From a virus (lineage: Duplodnaviria > Caudoviricetes): DNA of 64,000 bases. Made by a program: the position numbers and the translations under genes. The stretch spans positions 1,340 to 65,339 of IMG/VR virus record IMGVR_UViG_3300045999_011354; one strand, given 5' to 3'. A model generated the notes under the pieces. The model had not been told where the DNA came from. It saw nothing but the letters and a program-made list of their open reading frames with translations, and made no database searches. Below, piece after piece: positions 49,284 to 57,882 of this stretch. Each line of letters opens with the position of its first letter. Position 1 is the first letter of the stretch.

Positions 49284-50532
49284 ATGCTAAAAACTGTTTT
49301 CTTTGCAGGAGAAAAATTCTCTTGCACGCTTGAAATTTCAATCAAAGAGAAAAAGTCTTTCAAGGCTCTGAGCATTGTTGGCACTTATTTCACGGGTAAA
49401 AAACTTCTCAAATCAGAGAAGAATTTGCTTGGCTGGGGGCAGATTCATGATGAAGTCAAGGAAATTATTCCCACGCGACTTTATGAAATTTGGAAGCGTT
49501 GGCACCTGAATGACATGCGTGCTGGAACATTTGTGCAAGAAGAAATCTTGCGACAAGCAAAAGCTTCAGGCGTTGAGTTTGATAATTTCTACATCGACGC
49601 ATGTGAGTATTTGCAGCGCTTTGATGCGTTAGTCGATGAAGGATATAAATATGGAAGCAAGTGGCTGAAAGAAGAATTGCCTCAGGAAGTTATTGATTAC
49701 GTTTGCGCTCTTTGATTTCATTTGCTCACTCGCTTAATTTCAAAATGACTGAACTTTGTAAATCCGCGCCATTTGAGTGCTACCTCTACATTTACGAATG
49801 CAGTTCAGGGGAAGAGTTTTTCAAAGAAATCAAGGATGATGACATTCTTGATTTAGAAACTCAAGTGATTCACTGGGTGAAAGATTATTTCGATGGCGAG
49901 GTGGAAGTTGATCTCCCTTTAATTCATGGATTAGAGGGAGAGTATTTTGCAAGTATTAAAACTGATTTTAATCCGCCCGGCTCAGTTATTTCCTGGGAAT
50001 CTGCAGGATTTTACATCAAACACATTGATTGAATCATGAAAGACTTGTTTTCTGATCACAAAGAGTTCATTCACGCAGTACTTGTTATTACTGCGGGCAC
50101 AGCGATTGGATTTATTGGTGCTAGATTTATTAACGAAAAGCTGAGCGATCACGCTTTTCATAATTGTCCCGCTGAGCGTCTTGTTTTTATGCGAGACGCA
50201 TTTGTTGGGGGTAAGTACATTTGCTTGAAAAAATGACTGACAGCTTAAACAAATTTGTTGACGACGAGGTAATTCGTATTGTCAAAACATCAACAACTTA
50301 CAAGCACATTTGTAAATCAAGGGATCATGATCAATTTATGGATGTAACTATTAAGCAGTGGGATTCTGTCACAGGTAACATTTTATGTTATCTGAAAAGC
50401 AAATACAGAAAGCAGTTTGTTTTCACGCAGGCTAAGTTATTTGTAATTGCGAAACTCGCAGCAGTTGAGTTACTGAAGCGAGAAGATAAATTCAAAGATA
50501 CGACAGATAAATGCTTGACAAGTAACGTGTAA
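49284..50532 (+). CDS. Four early hypothetical ORFs (49284-49715, 49745-50032, 50036-50236, 50233-50532)
   Basis: The first has WKRWHLNDMRAG...GYKYGSKWL; the third has a TM segment. Confidence 0.65.
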
Positions 50533-50586
50533 CCTGCTATAATAGCAACATGCGAGAGACGAGAAGTAGCTTTCTTTCTCTCGCAT
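50500..50586 (+). promoter_or_regulatory. Early promoter-hairpin cassette 8
   Basis: ACGACAGATAAATGC-TTGACA(50515)-17-TATAAT; hairpin ATGCGAGAGA...TCTCTCGCAT 50550-50586. Confidence 0.9.
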
Positions 50587-50618
50587 TTATTTCTTGTTCA
50601 TTTCTTTTTCACGGACAA

Positions 50619-51706
50619 ATGCAAATTTCCAGCGGCGACAAAATTAATTACGAAATGATTCGTGAAACACTCGGAACAGTTGTTTATGATGGCTGTTACG
50701 AATATGTTGTGAGTGACTATTCGTTTAAATACAACACAATGGAATTATGGTGCAAGACTCGTCAAATGTTTATTAAGGTTACACCTAAAACATTTGATTC
50801 GATGATGTGCATTTCTGGCGCAATCTGATTGCTCACTCGCATTTTTGTTCATTCTTTTTTCTTTTTCAGTCAAATGCAAATCACAGAACAGCAACAAATC
50901 GTGTGGGAAGATTTCTCACGAGGTTTTCACGGCGGCAGGATTGATTCTGAAGAGATCTGCACATTTGATGAAGACGGAGAAAGGCAATTTATTTCTTTTT
51001 CTGTTCGTGAATACACAAGTGATCACGAAGATTTCTTTGGGGTTTGCTGTCCGATGTGGGAGATTTATTTGTGGATCAGAGAGGTTAGAAGCATTGAGGG
51101 CGAACAAGAATACGAGACAGAAGTTCAATACATGACAGGAAATGATTTCTGTCGTGCAGAATACGCACAAGAGTTTTGTGAATACATTTTGTATTCGATT
51201 AAAAAGCACGGGAATCTTTCTCGTCTGCCCGTTTCTGAACGTGTAGAAGATTGAATTTACTTTTAATCACTTCGCCAATTCATTTTCAATTCTCACTAGA
51301 AAATTCATTCGCTTAATTCAATCATGAGCATTCTTTCTTCAACGACAATTCGCACTGCGCTTGTTGATTATCGCGCAGAATTGATTCGTATGCAAATTAA
51401 ATTTCCGAGCAGTTTCAACAATGAAGAGCATGACAAACTGATTAAATCTATTGATGATGCACTTTATGAAATTGAGGGAAATGTTCAACATGTTATGATT
51501 TCTGCGCACTCATGCAAAAACTAATGCGCAGTTACGAAACAATTAAATACAGAAAGTTTCGTGTTTTATTTGAAGATACAAAAGCTAGAGGATTTATTGG
51601 GTGGACAGTTATTAGCGAATGTAAAACAAAACAAGATGCGATTGATTATTTCAAAAAGTATTTTACGACGAAGGAAGTGATTTCTGTCAGCGAGATCCTT
51701 GATTGA
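50619..51706 (+). CDS. Four early hypothetical ORFs (50619-50828, 50874-51254, 51324-51524, 51512-51706)
   Basis: Packed small ORFs. Confidence 0.55.
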
Positions 51707-51742
51707 TGCGCCCTTGGGCTGATCTCTGCGTCCGAAAGATTC

Positions 51743-51783
51743 ATGAGCCCCCTCCAGAATCGTCTGGAAGGGGCTTTTTATTT
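51743..51783 (+). terminator. Intrinsic terminator
   Basis: AGCCCCCTCCAGA-ATCG-TCTGGAAGGGGCT-TTTTA. Confidence 0.75.
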
Positions 51784-51871
51784 GCTTCAGGGGGGATTCA
51801 TGCCAGCGCCCGATTCTCGCGCCCTGCAAGGGCGATTTCTCGGGGCGATTTCTGAGCGCATGTAGATTTCT

Positions 51872-52360
51872 GTGATGGCAAAAATCTCTGCAACAGATCA
51901 TTTCACGTCTGCTGAAGTTAAAAGAAGACTCAGCGAAGCAAAACGTTATTTGCAAAGATACAAAACACAGAGACTTTTATTTCTCGCCCCCGAAGATCAC
52001 TTATCGCTCCCGTGCATTTCTTTGCAAGACTATGATTGTTTGAATGAATATAATTTTGTTAACACGCAAGATTTATCTGAAGAGTTGATCAAGCAATGCG
52101 TGAAAGATAATCGTAAAATGTTTGTTGATGAAAGCATGTTCAGGATTTATAACTTGCATGAATACGTTGATGAGTATTTAGATGCGTTGAGAAGATTGTT
52201 TTGTGTTACGTCGTTTTGTTTGTTAGATAGAAAAAAGCAGATGATGATGAAAGTTATTATTTGCTTGGGGAGTTTACATCATGCGCCGAGACTCTTTTAT
52301 AAAGATGCAAAGAATAGATTTTACTATGATAAATTAGCTGCGTACAATGATTTATTTTGA
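51872..52360 (+). CDS. Hypothetical protein
   Basis: 162 aa ORF. Confidence 0.5.
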   Translation: MMAKISATDHFTSAEVKRRLSEAKRYLQRYKTQRLLFLAPEDHLSLPCISLQDYDCLNEYNFVNTQDLSEELIKQCVKDNRKMFVDESMFRIYNLHEYVDEYLDALRRLFCVTSFCLLDRKKQMMMKVIICLGSLHHAPRLFYKDAKNRFYYDKLAAYNDLF

Positions 52361-52375
52361 AATTCGCATTGATTG

Positions 52376-52441
52376 ATGCTTGACATGTAATGTGATGCGT
52401 GTTATAATAGCATTGTGAGCGAAAGAGAAAAACTTTCGTTT
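52376..52441 (+). promoter_or_regulatory. Early promoter-hairpin cassette 9
   Basis: ATGC-TTGACA(52380)-17-TATAAT; hairpin GAGCGAAAG/CTTTCGTTT. Confidence 0.85.
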
Positions 52442-52468
52442 GCGCTTGTTTTTTATTTACAACAGAAA

Positions 52469-53226
52469 ATGTTTGTTTGTTTTCAAGTCGTTCATCACAA
52501 CGACGGAAAGATTCCTTCACGCACTGCTTATGTTCAATTCAGCAAATTGATTGAAGCAATTAGCTTTTGTAAACAAATGAATGAGAAAAATTATGATGAT
52601 AATTTGAGCAACGAAAAGATTGCTGTTACTTATCACTTTGAGTACGTCGCATGACTTATTTTATTAACAGACAAGCTGGTCGTTATCACGAAACGATTGA
52701 TGAATTTGAAACGAGAGAAGAAGCTGGGAAAATGAAAAACGAGTATCAGTTTAGTGAGCATGGAAGAGCTTATTTCTATGTCTCAAAAGTTGCACGTCCT
52801 AACTATCGTTAATTTATCATGAAAATTATTTGCACGCGACAAAATGAGAATGGCTCGTTTGATAATGTTGGCACAAACAATCAATTCTTGACTTCTCATT
52901 ATAAGACGCTTCGGGGTTTTATTCGTTACGGCATTCCTGAAACTTATCGCAATAAAAAACTGAGGATCGAGCTCTATCACGATCACAATTTTTACGTTGC
53001 GCCCGCTTACAAAACTGTTTATCACATCGCTTGATTTCTCATGAACAACATTGTTTCTGCATTTGCAAAAGCTTGTGCTTGCACATCAATTTTTATCGGT
53101 GCGCCGTTAATTGCTGCATCAACAGTTGAATTTACAACATCTCAAATAAATAGAGATTTAGAATACAGGGCATGTTTAGTAACTGCAAAATTAGATAATG
53201 CGAGTACAGATAGATGTATTCGTTAG
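52469..53226 (+). CDS. Four early hypothetical ORFs (52469-52654, 52651-52812, 52819-53034, 53041-53226)
   Basis: Packed small ORFs; the last is a single-TM protein with a Cys pair. Confidence 0.6.
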
Positions 53227-53256
53227 TTTCAAAGTAAAGTAATTTATTACGACTCG

Positions 53257-53290
53257 CCCTTGCTGTTAATCACAGCAGGGGTTTTTTATT
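53257..53290 (+). terminator. Intrinsic terminator ending the early block
   Basis: CCCTTGCTGT...ACAGCAGGGG-TTTTTT. Confidence 0.75.
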
Positions 53291-53511
53291 GTCTGCTAAT
53301 AGTTGAGCGCAGTTTATTTATTTGTGCTACGCACGATTTGCAATGATGCGCCGATCAACGAGATTTATTTCACGCGCCCGTGCTATTTCTTTGTTTTTTT
53401 ATTTATGTGTGAGCGAGCCTGCGAGCGTGCAAATGCGAGTCATTACGACGAGCATTTGATTATTGCTGTTCTCAATGCTATTATTTAGTCGCCCGCATAT
53501 TTCTGCTGTTC

Positions 53512-54147
53512 ATGTCTGATTTACTTGACACAGATAATTTTGATCAAGATGACGAATCTCTAAACAGTAATCACGAACGTGAACAGTTCGCGTTTAATGA
53601 CGCAGATGCAATTTTGAATTCTCGCGTCTTAGCAAATAAAAGTTATATGAAATGTTCAGGAGGTGCTACTTCTGAAACAGAAAGAGAGTTTGAGATTTTT
53701 AAGTTTTATTTGAGCTGTGGGTCGGGAAGATCAACAACATACATTGCAAATACATTTAACTTACAAGATAACAAAGTGCTAGCAATTAGCAAAAAGAATT
53801 ATTGGGCAGAACGTGCAAGTGATTACGACATAGATATGTTGCAGCAAAAGCTTAAATTAGAACAAGATTCACGGGCGATTGAACATAAAAAGCGTTTAGA
53901 AGCTTATAGATTACAGCAAGAATTTTTGGGCAGAAACTTATCTGCTAACGCTGCAAAATTAGCTGCGTTATCTCAACGTACATTAGATGAATACTTAGAA
54001 AATGATCGCAGCATAGATATTCGTGATATTCCGTCGATACTTAACAGCGCCGCAAAAATTGCTGAAGTGGGCAAGAATTTACAAAGCGGCGCATTAGGTG
54101 TTGAACAGTTACTTGTTGCATTAGAGGAAGCTGATTTTGATGAGTAG
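53512..54147 (+). CDS. Putative terminase small subunit (HTH plus coiled coil)
   Basis: ET..EFEIFKFYL..G.GRS...IA...W.ERASDYD pattern; lies upstream of terL. Confidence 0.55.
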   Translation: MSDLLDTDNFDQDDESLNSNHEREQFAFNDADAILNSRVLANKSYMKCSGGATSETEREFEIFKFYLSCGSGRSTTYIANTFNLQDNKVLAISKKNYWAERASDYDIDMLQQKLKLEQDSRAIEHKKRLEAYRLQQEFLGRNLSANAAKLAALSQRTLDEYLENDRSIDIRDIPSILNSAAKIAEVGKNLQSGALGVEQLLVALEEADFDE

Positions 54148-54251
54148 CAAATTTATTTATTCGCCGCTGTGAAAAATTCCTGGGCGGCTTGCCCTTGGTC
54201 GCCCTCTTCCTAATAGATAATAGAAGGAGTTGATTTTGGCCCTGTCAGGGA

Positions 54252-54713
54252 TTGACTTCCTTGACCCGTTTCTTAAAGTCGGTTATATTTGAGATGCCCA
54301 GATCCATTGGTATGACTAGAGTTGAAAATGAAAACCGTTCTCACATGCCTGACCCGGAGGGATTTCATTCGTTCGCCATGTTTCATATGTTGGAGGCGAG
54401 AAATTATTTTTCATACATAAAAGAAAGAAAATTGCAACCTAGAGATTTTACAGTTTTATTTTCATTGATGTCATTGTGTGATGCAAAAACAGGAAAGATT
54501 CGTTTTACAGCTAAAGTATTATCAGAGGAAATTGGCTTTAATCCCACTGCATTTTCTGCAAGCTTGAAAAGATTAAAAACTAATTTTGTTATCGCCAGTA
54601 TTTGCGAATCAAGTGGCGACAAGTATTATTTAATCAATCCGTATTTATTTTCTGTTGGGCGCAAGCAAAAATGGGGACATCTTGTAAAAACATTCACCGA
54701 CGCCTTTAATTAA
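54252..54713 (+). CDS. RepL-like winged-HTH protein
   Basis: TAKVLSEEIG...FSASLKRLK...YYLINPYLF; probable start MPDPEG. Confidence 0.55.
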   Translation: MTSLTRFLKSVIFEMPRSIGMTRVENENRSHMPDPEGFHSFAMFHMLEARNYFSYIKERKLQPRDFTVLFSLMSLCDAKTGKIRFTAKVLSEEIGFNPTAFSASLKRLKTNFVIASICESSGDKYYLINPYLFSVGRKQKWGHLVKTFTDAFN

Positions 54714-54714
54714 A

Positions 54715-54996
54715 ATGTATAGGAAATTTATTCCCGCCGATAGAAGTTTTGATAGTGATAGAATTTTTCTTTATCGCGAATTTGATGAAGAAGGGCGAGA
54801 GTATCCAGTTTACTTTTATTTCAAGAAAGTAGATAATTATTTATTTGATGAGAGACGTGAAATACTTTGGACCAAGGAAAAGATCATTCAACATTCATTA
54901 AGTAAATTGCATTCAGATTCATTCATGCAAGAACAAAAAGACATTCAAGATAAAGAGTATTTTGATAAATACTTTGAGACGCATTCATTTGATTAA
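54715..54996 (+). CDS. Hypothetical protein
   Basis: 93 aa ORF immediately after the RepL-like gene. Confidence 0.5.
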   Translation: MYRKFIPADRSFDSDRIFLYREFDEEGREYPVYFYFKKVDNYLFDERREILWTKEKIIQHSLSKLHSDSFMQEQKDIQDKEYFDKYFETHSFD

Positions 54997-54999
54997 ACG

Positions 55000-55632
55000 C
55001 ATTCATTTATTCATTCACGCATACATTTATTCATCGCAGAAATAAATGCAATGCTTGTTGCGTTGCATTTATGTGCAATTAGATTTATTTGCTACATTTA
55101 TTTATTCGCATGTTTATTTATTAACTATTGCAATTTATTTATTAACTGAAAAAGATTTATTATTTGCAATTATTTATTATTTGCAATTATTTGTTAATAG
55201 TATTTATTTGTAATGTCCAGGTATTTGTTAATTACAGTTATTTGTTAAATGCAATTATTTATTTGCAATCGCTATTTGTTAATTAGCAAATGCTGTTTAT
55301 TTGTAATAGATAGTATTTGTTAAATGTAACTATTATTTTGTAAATGCTAGTTATTTGTAATTACAGCTATTTGTTAAATGCAATTATTTGTCAACGATTG
55401 CTAAATGTTAAATAACAAATGCTAGCTATTTGTATTCTCTAGGTATTTGTAAACTATAAAGTTAATTAGCAAATGCTGTTTGTTTGCAATAGATAGTATT
55501 TGCAAAGTAATAGTATTATTTGCTACTTGTTAAGTATTTGTATTTGCATTGAATCGTTACTTTATACTTTATGTTTTGTTGAATGTAACTTAGTTGCAAA
55601 CTAAGATCACGCAAGCGTTGTATAAAATAAAC
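55000..55632. repeat. AT-rich non-coding tract with about 20 same-strand TATTTG repeats
   Basis: Counted by eye between 55086 and 55546, often 16-17 bp apart; a 43-bp near-duplicate occurs at 55278 and 55461. Confidence 0.85.
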
Positions 55633-55668
55633 TGATGACAGAATCTGCGGATTCCCTCGCTCGGCTAC

Positions 55669-55752
55669 TTGCAAAGTCCCGCACCCATGCCTTACCTTTA
55701 GGAAGTGCTCAGCCCGGGCAAGGCGATCCGGCCGCGAGCGAACCTCGACAAC
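55669..55752 (+). promoter_or_regulatory. Putative promoter, hairpin and boxA-like element
   Basis: TTGCAA-18-TACCTT, then a GC hairpin, then GAACCTCGACAAC (55740-55752). Confidence 0.45.
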
Positions 55753-55814
55753 CTGCTCCCCCCCGCAGCGCCCACAAGCGCCGCACCCGTCCAACAACCT
55801 CAAATCACAGCCCC

Positions 55815-55979
55815 ATGCGCCCAGTTCTCTTGACCGTTCTCGTCGGTGCCCTTGCCGGCTCAGCTTGTGCACTAACGATCGTTTGGTGTTCAGCCATCAA
55901 CCGAGCCCTTGCCCTTGACCTTTGCCGTCAGGAAGCCAAGGCCGCACACCTAAGCGCAGACCATTGCTACCAACGCTGA
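55815..55979 (+). CDS. Small single-TM protein with a Cys pair
   Basis: MRPVLLTVLVG...INRALALDLCRQEAK...SADHC; similar to 53041-53226. Confidence 0.6.
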   Translation: MRPVLLTVLVGALAGSACALTIVWCSAINRALALDLCRQEAKAAHLSADHCYQR

Positions 55980-56053
55980 TCCCTTCTCAGAGCCCGCCAA
56001 GGGCTCCCTGAAGGGTTCCGACCCTTCCCCCTACAACCACAGATCACAGACTC

Positions 56054-56671
56054 ATGACCACCAACACCCGCACCAAGACCGCAGCATCAGGCGACGGCCC
56101 CAGCCGTAAAGAGATCCGCAACGCCGCCGAACTGCTGATGGCAGCGCTTCAGGCAAGCGCAGCGCTAAACACCGGGACTGCACGCCGCACCGCGCAAGCC
56201 CGCGCTGAAGAACTGGCGCAGCCCCTGACAGATCGCGACCGCGCGGCACTTGAGCAGCTTGGCTGGACAGGCTCCCGCCTCTCATCTCCCAGACCGACAG
56301 AACCCAAACCCACCGCAAAGGTCAAAGCCGGCCCAGTGATCAACCCCGCCACCTATGGCGACCTCTCACCCGAACGCCAAGCATCCTCCCAGTTTTGGGC
56401 TGGACTCTGCTCAGTGCTGGCCCGCAGCAACGGCCGTATCTGGCTCCCGGAAGCCGCAGCAGTAGCCGCCCATCTCGGAGTGGAGATCACCTCACCCGCT
56501 CAGCTTGCCGCCCGCCTCTCAGCCCTCACCGGCCTGCCAGTCTCACGCCCTACCACAGAAGCCGGCTGGTTGATCTGTGACATCCAAGAGCCCATGTCAG
56601 CCGCTGATCTATGGGCCCAGCTTTGGAACACTCACGCGGCAGCCTATGGCGTAGCCATCGCAGCCCGGTAG
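56054..56671 (+). CDS. Hypothetical GC-rich, Ala-rich protein
   Basis: 207-codon-scale ORF (205 aa) in the GC-rich island, flanked by hairpins. Confidence 0.6.
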   Translation: MTTNTRTKTAASGDGPSRKEIRNAAELLMAALQASAALNTGTARRTAQARAEELAQPLTDRDRAALEQLGWTGSRLSSPRPTEPKPTAKVKAGPVINPATYGDLSPERQASSQFWAGLCSVLARSNGRIWLPEAAAVAAHLGVEITSPAQLAARLSALTGLPVSRPTTEAGWLICDIQEPMSAADLWAQLWNTHAAAYGVAIAAR

Positions 56672-56883
56672 GCCCGGCAACCGGTAGGGTCGGTCACCAC
56701 GCCGACCCACACCCGGGGTAGCCTCTCGCGCCAGGGGGGCTTACTTTACCCGTCACCCCAAATTTTTTTTCCCTATTCCAGGACGGCTTTTTAAAAATAC
56801 AGCAACAACTCACTATTTACAAAGCATTAACACTTGACAAATCGCGCACAACGCGCTAAATTTGCTTCGTTGTCACGCATGTC

Positions 56884-57359
56884 ATGTCACAAAACGATCG
56901 TATCGAGCAGCTAGAGCAAAAAGTGCAAGAATTGCAAGAAAAATTGAGCGAACAATTAGACGCAATCAATATGCTGCTACGCGATATTAAAGATTTACAA
57001 CAATTCAAACGCTTTGTTGAATTATCGAGCGCATCACGCAAATCACAATACGATGCCGTCAATGCAACACGTGAAATGACATGAAAAATACACTAGATCG
57101 ACAAGCTTTCATTGAATTATTACGTATTTATCTACGCCCTCAAGACTTCAAACGCTTTGCAATAGCTAGCAATTTGAATGAAAAATCACGTTTTTTGTTT
57201 CGCATGACTCAAAAATTGAATAAATTTGAATATGTTTTGATTACTTGTCAAAATCAACAATCTTTTGTTAATTTTATCCCTGATGATGTTGCTAAAAAAT
57301 CGTTTTCCGAACTACGCGATAGCGACTTTATCCCTGATGTTTTATTCTTCGCTGAGTAG
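56884..57359 (+). CDS. Two hypothetical ORFs (56884-57084, 57081-57359)
   Basis: Preceded by TTGACA(56834)-17-TAAATT; coupled by an ATGA overlap. Confidence 0.55.
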
Positions 57360-57397
57360 CTCTCGAATAGACTTTTCCTAGTCGCCCGCTAGCTCTC

Positions 57398-57814
57398 GTG
57401 TCACGCAACGTCCCCGTTGACAAAGCTCTCTACGCTCGCGTAAAAGCTGCTGCAAAACGTAAATTCAAAGTTTATCCTAGCGCATACGCAAATGCTTGGT
57501 TAGTGCGTGAATATAAAAAGCGGGGTGGGCGTTATCGTGTAGAAAAGTGAGTCGTCGTCATGCCTAGAAAAGCCAAGTCGGGGCTCACTCGCTGGTTCGA
57601 TGAAGAGTGGGTGGACGTGAAGACGGGCAAACCCTGTGGGCGCTCGAAGGGCGAGAAGCGTGAGAGCTATCCAGCTTGCCGCCCATCCAAAAGAGTTTCT
57701 GCTGACACGCCGAAGACCTCTAAGGAGATGACCTCTGCAGAAAAGCGTCGCTTCAAGCGTGAAAAAACAAGCTTGAAGAAGATAAGCTATCAACACCGTC
57801 GCAAGAAGAAATAA
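57398..57814 (+). CDS. Two small basic phage proteins (57398-57550, 57560-57814)
   Basis: KFKVYPSAYANAWLVREYKKRGG; GLTRWFDEEWVDVKTGKPCGR...YPACRP. Confidence 0.7.
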
Positions 57815-57882
57815 TGCAACGAAGCGATCAGCGAAGCTGTATTGCGTAATGCTGTAGAGTAAAAACAAGTCGAGAAGTTCTC

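Noticed and set aside
43198-52398. NtcA boxes in the promoter spacers
   Set aside because: NtcA needs GTA-N8-TAC; the observed spacing is N6.
42359-52445. CRISPR array or mini-array made of the repeated AAATAAATGCTTGACA elements
   Set aside because: Spacing is 0.7-2.3 kb with whole genes in between, the repeats are degenerate promoters, and no cas operon is present.
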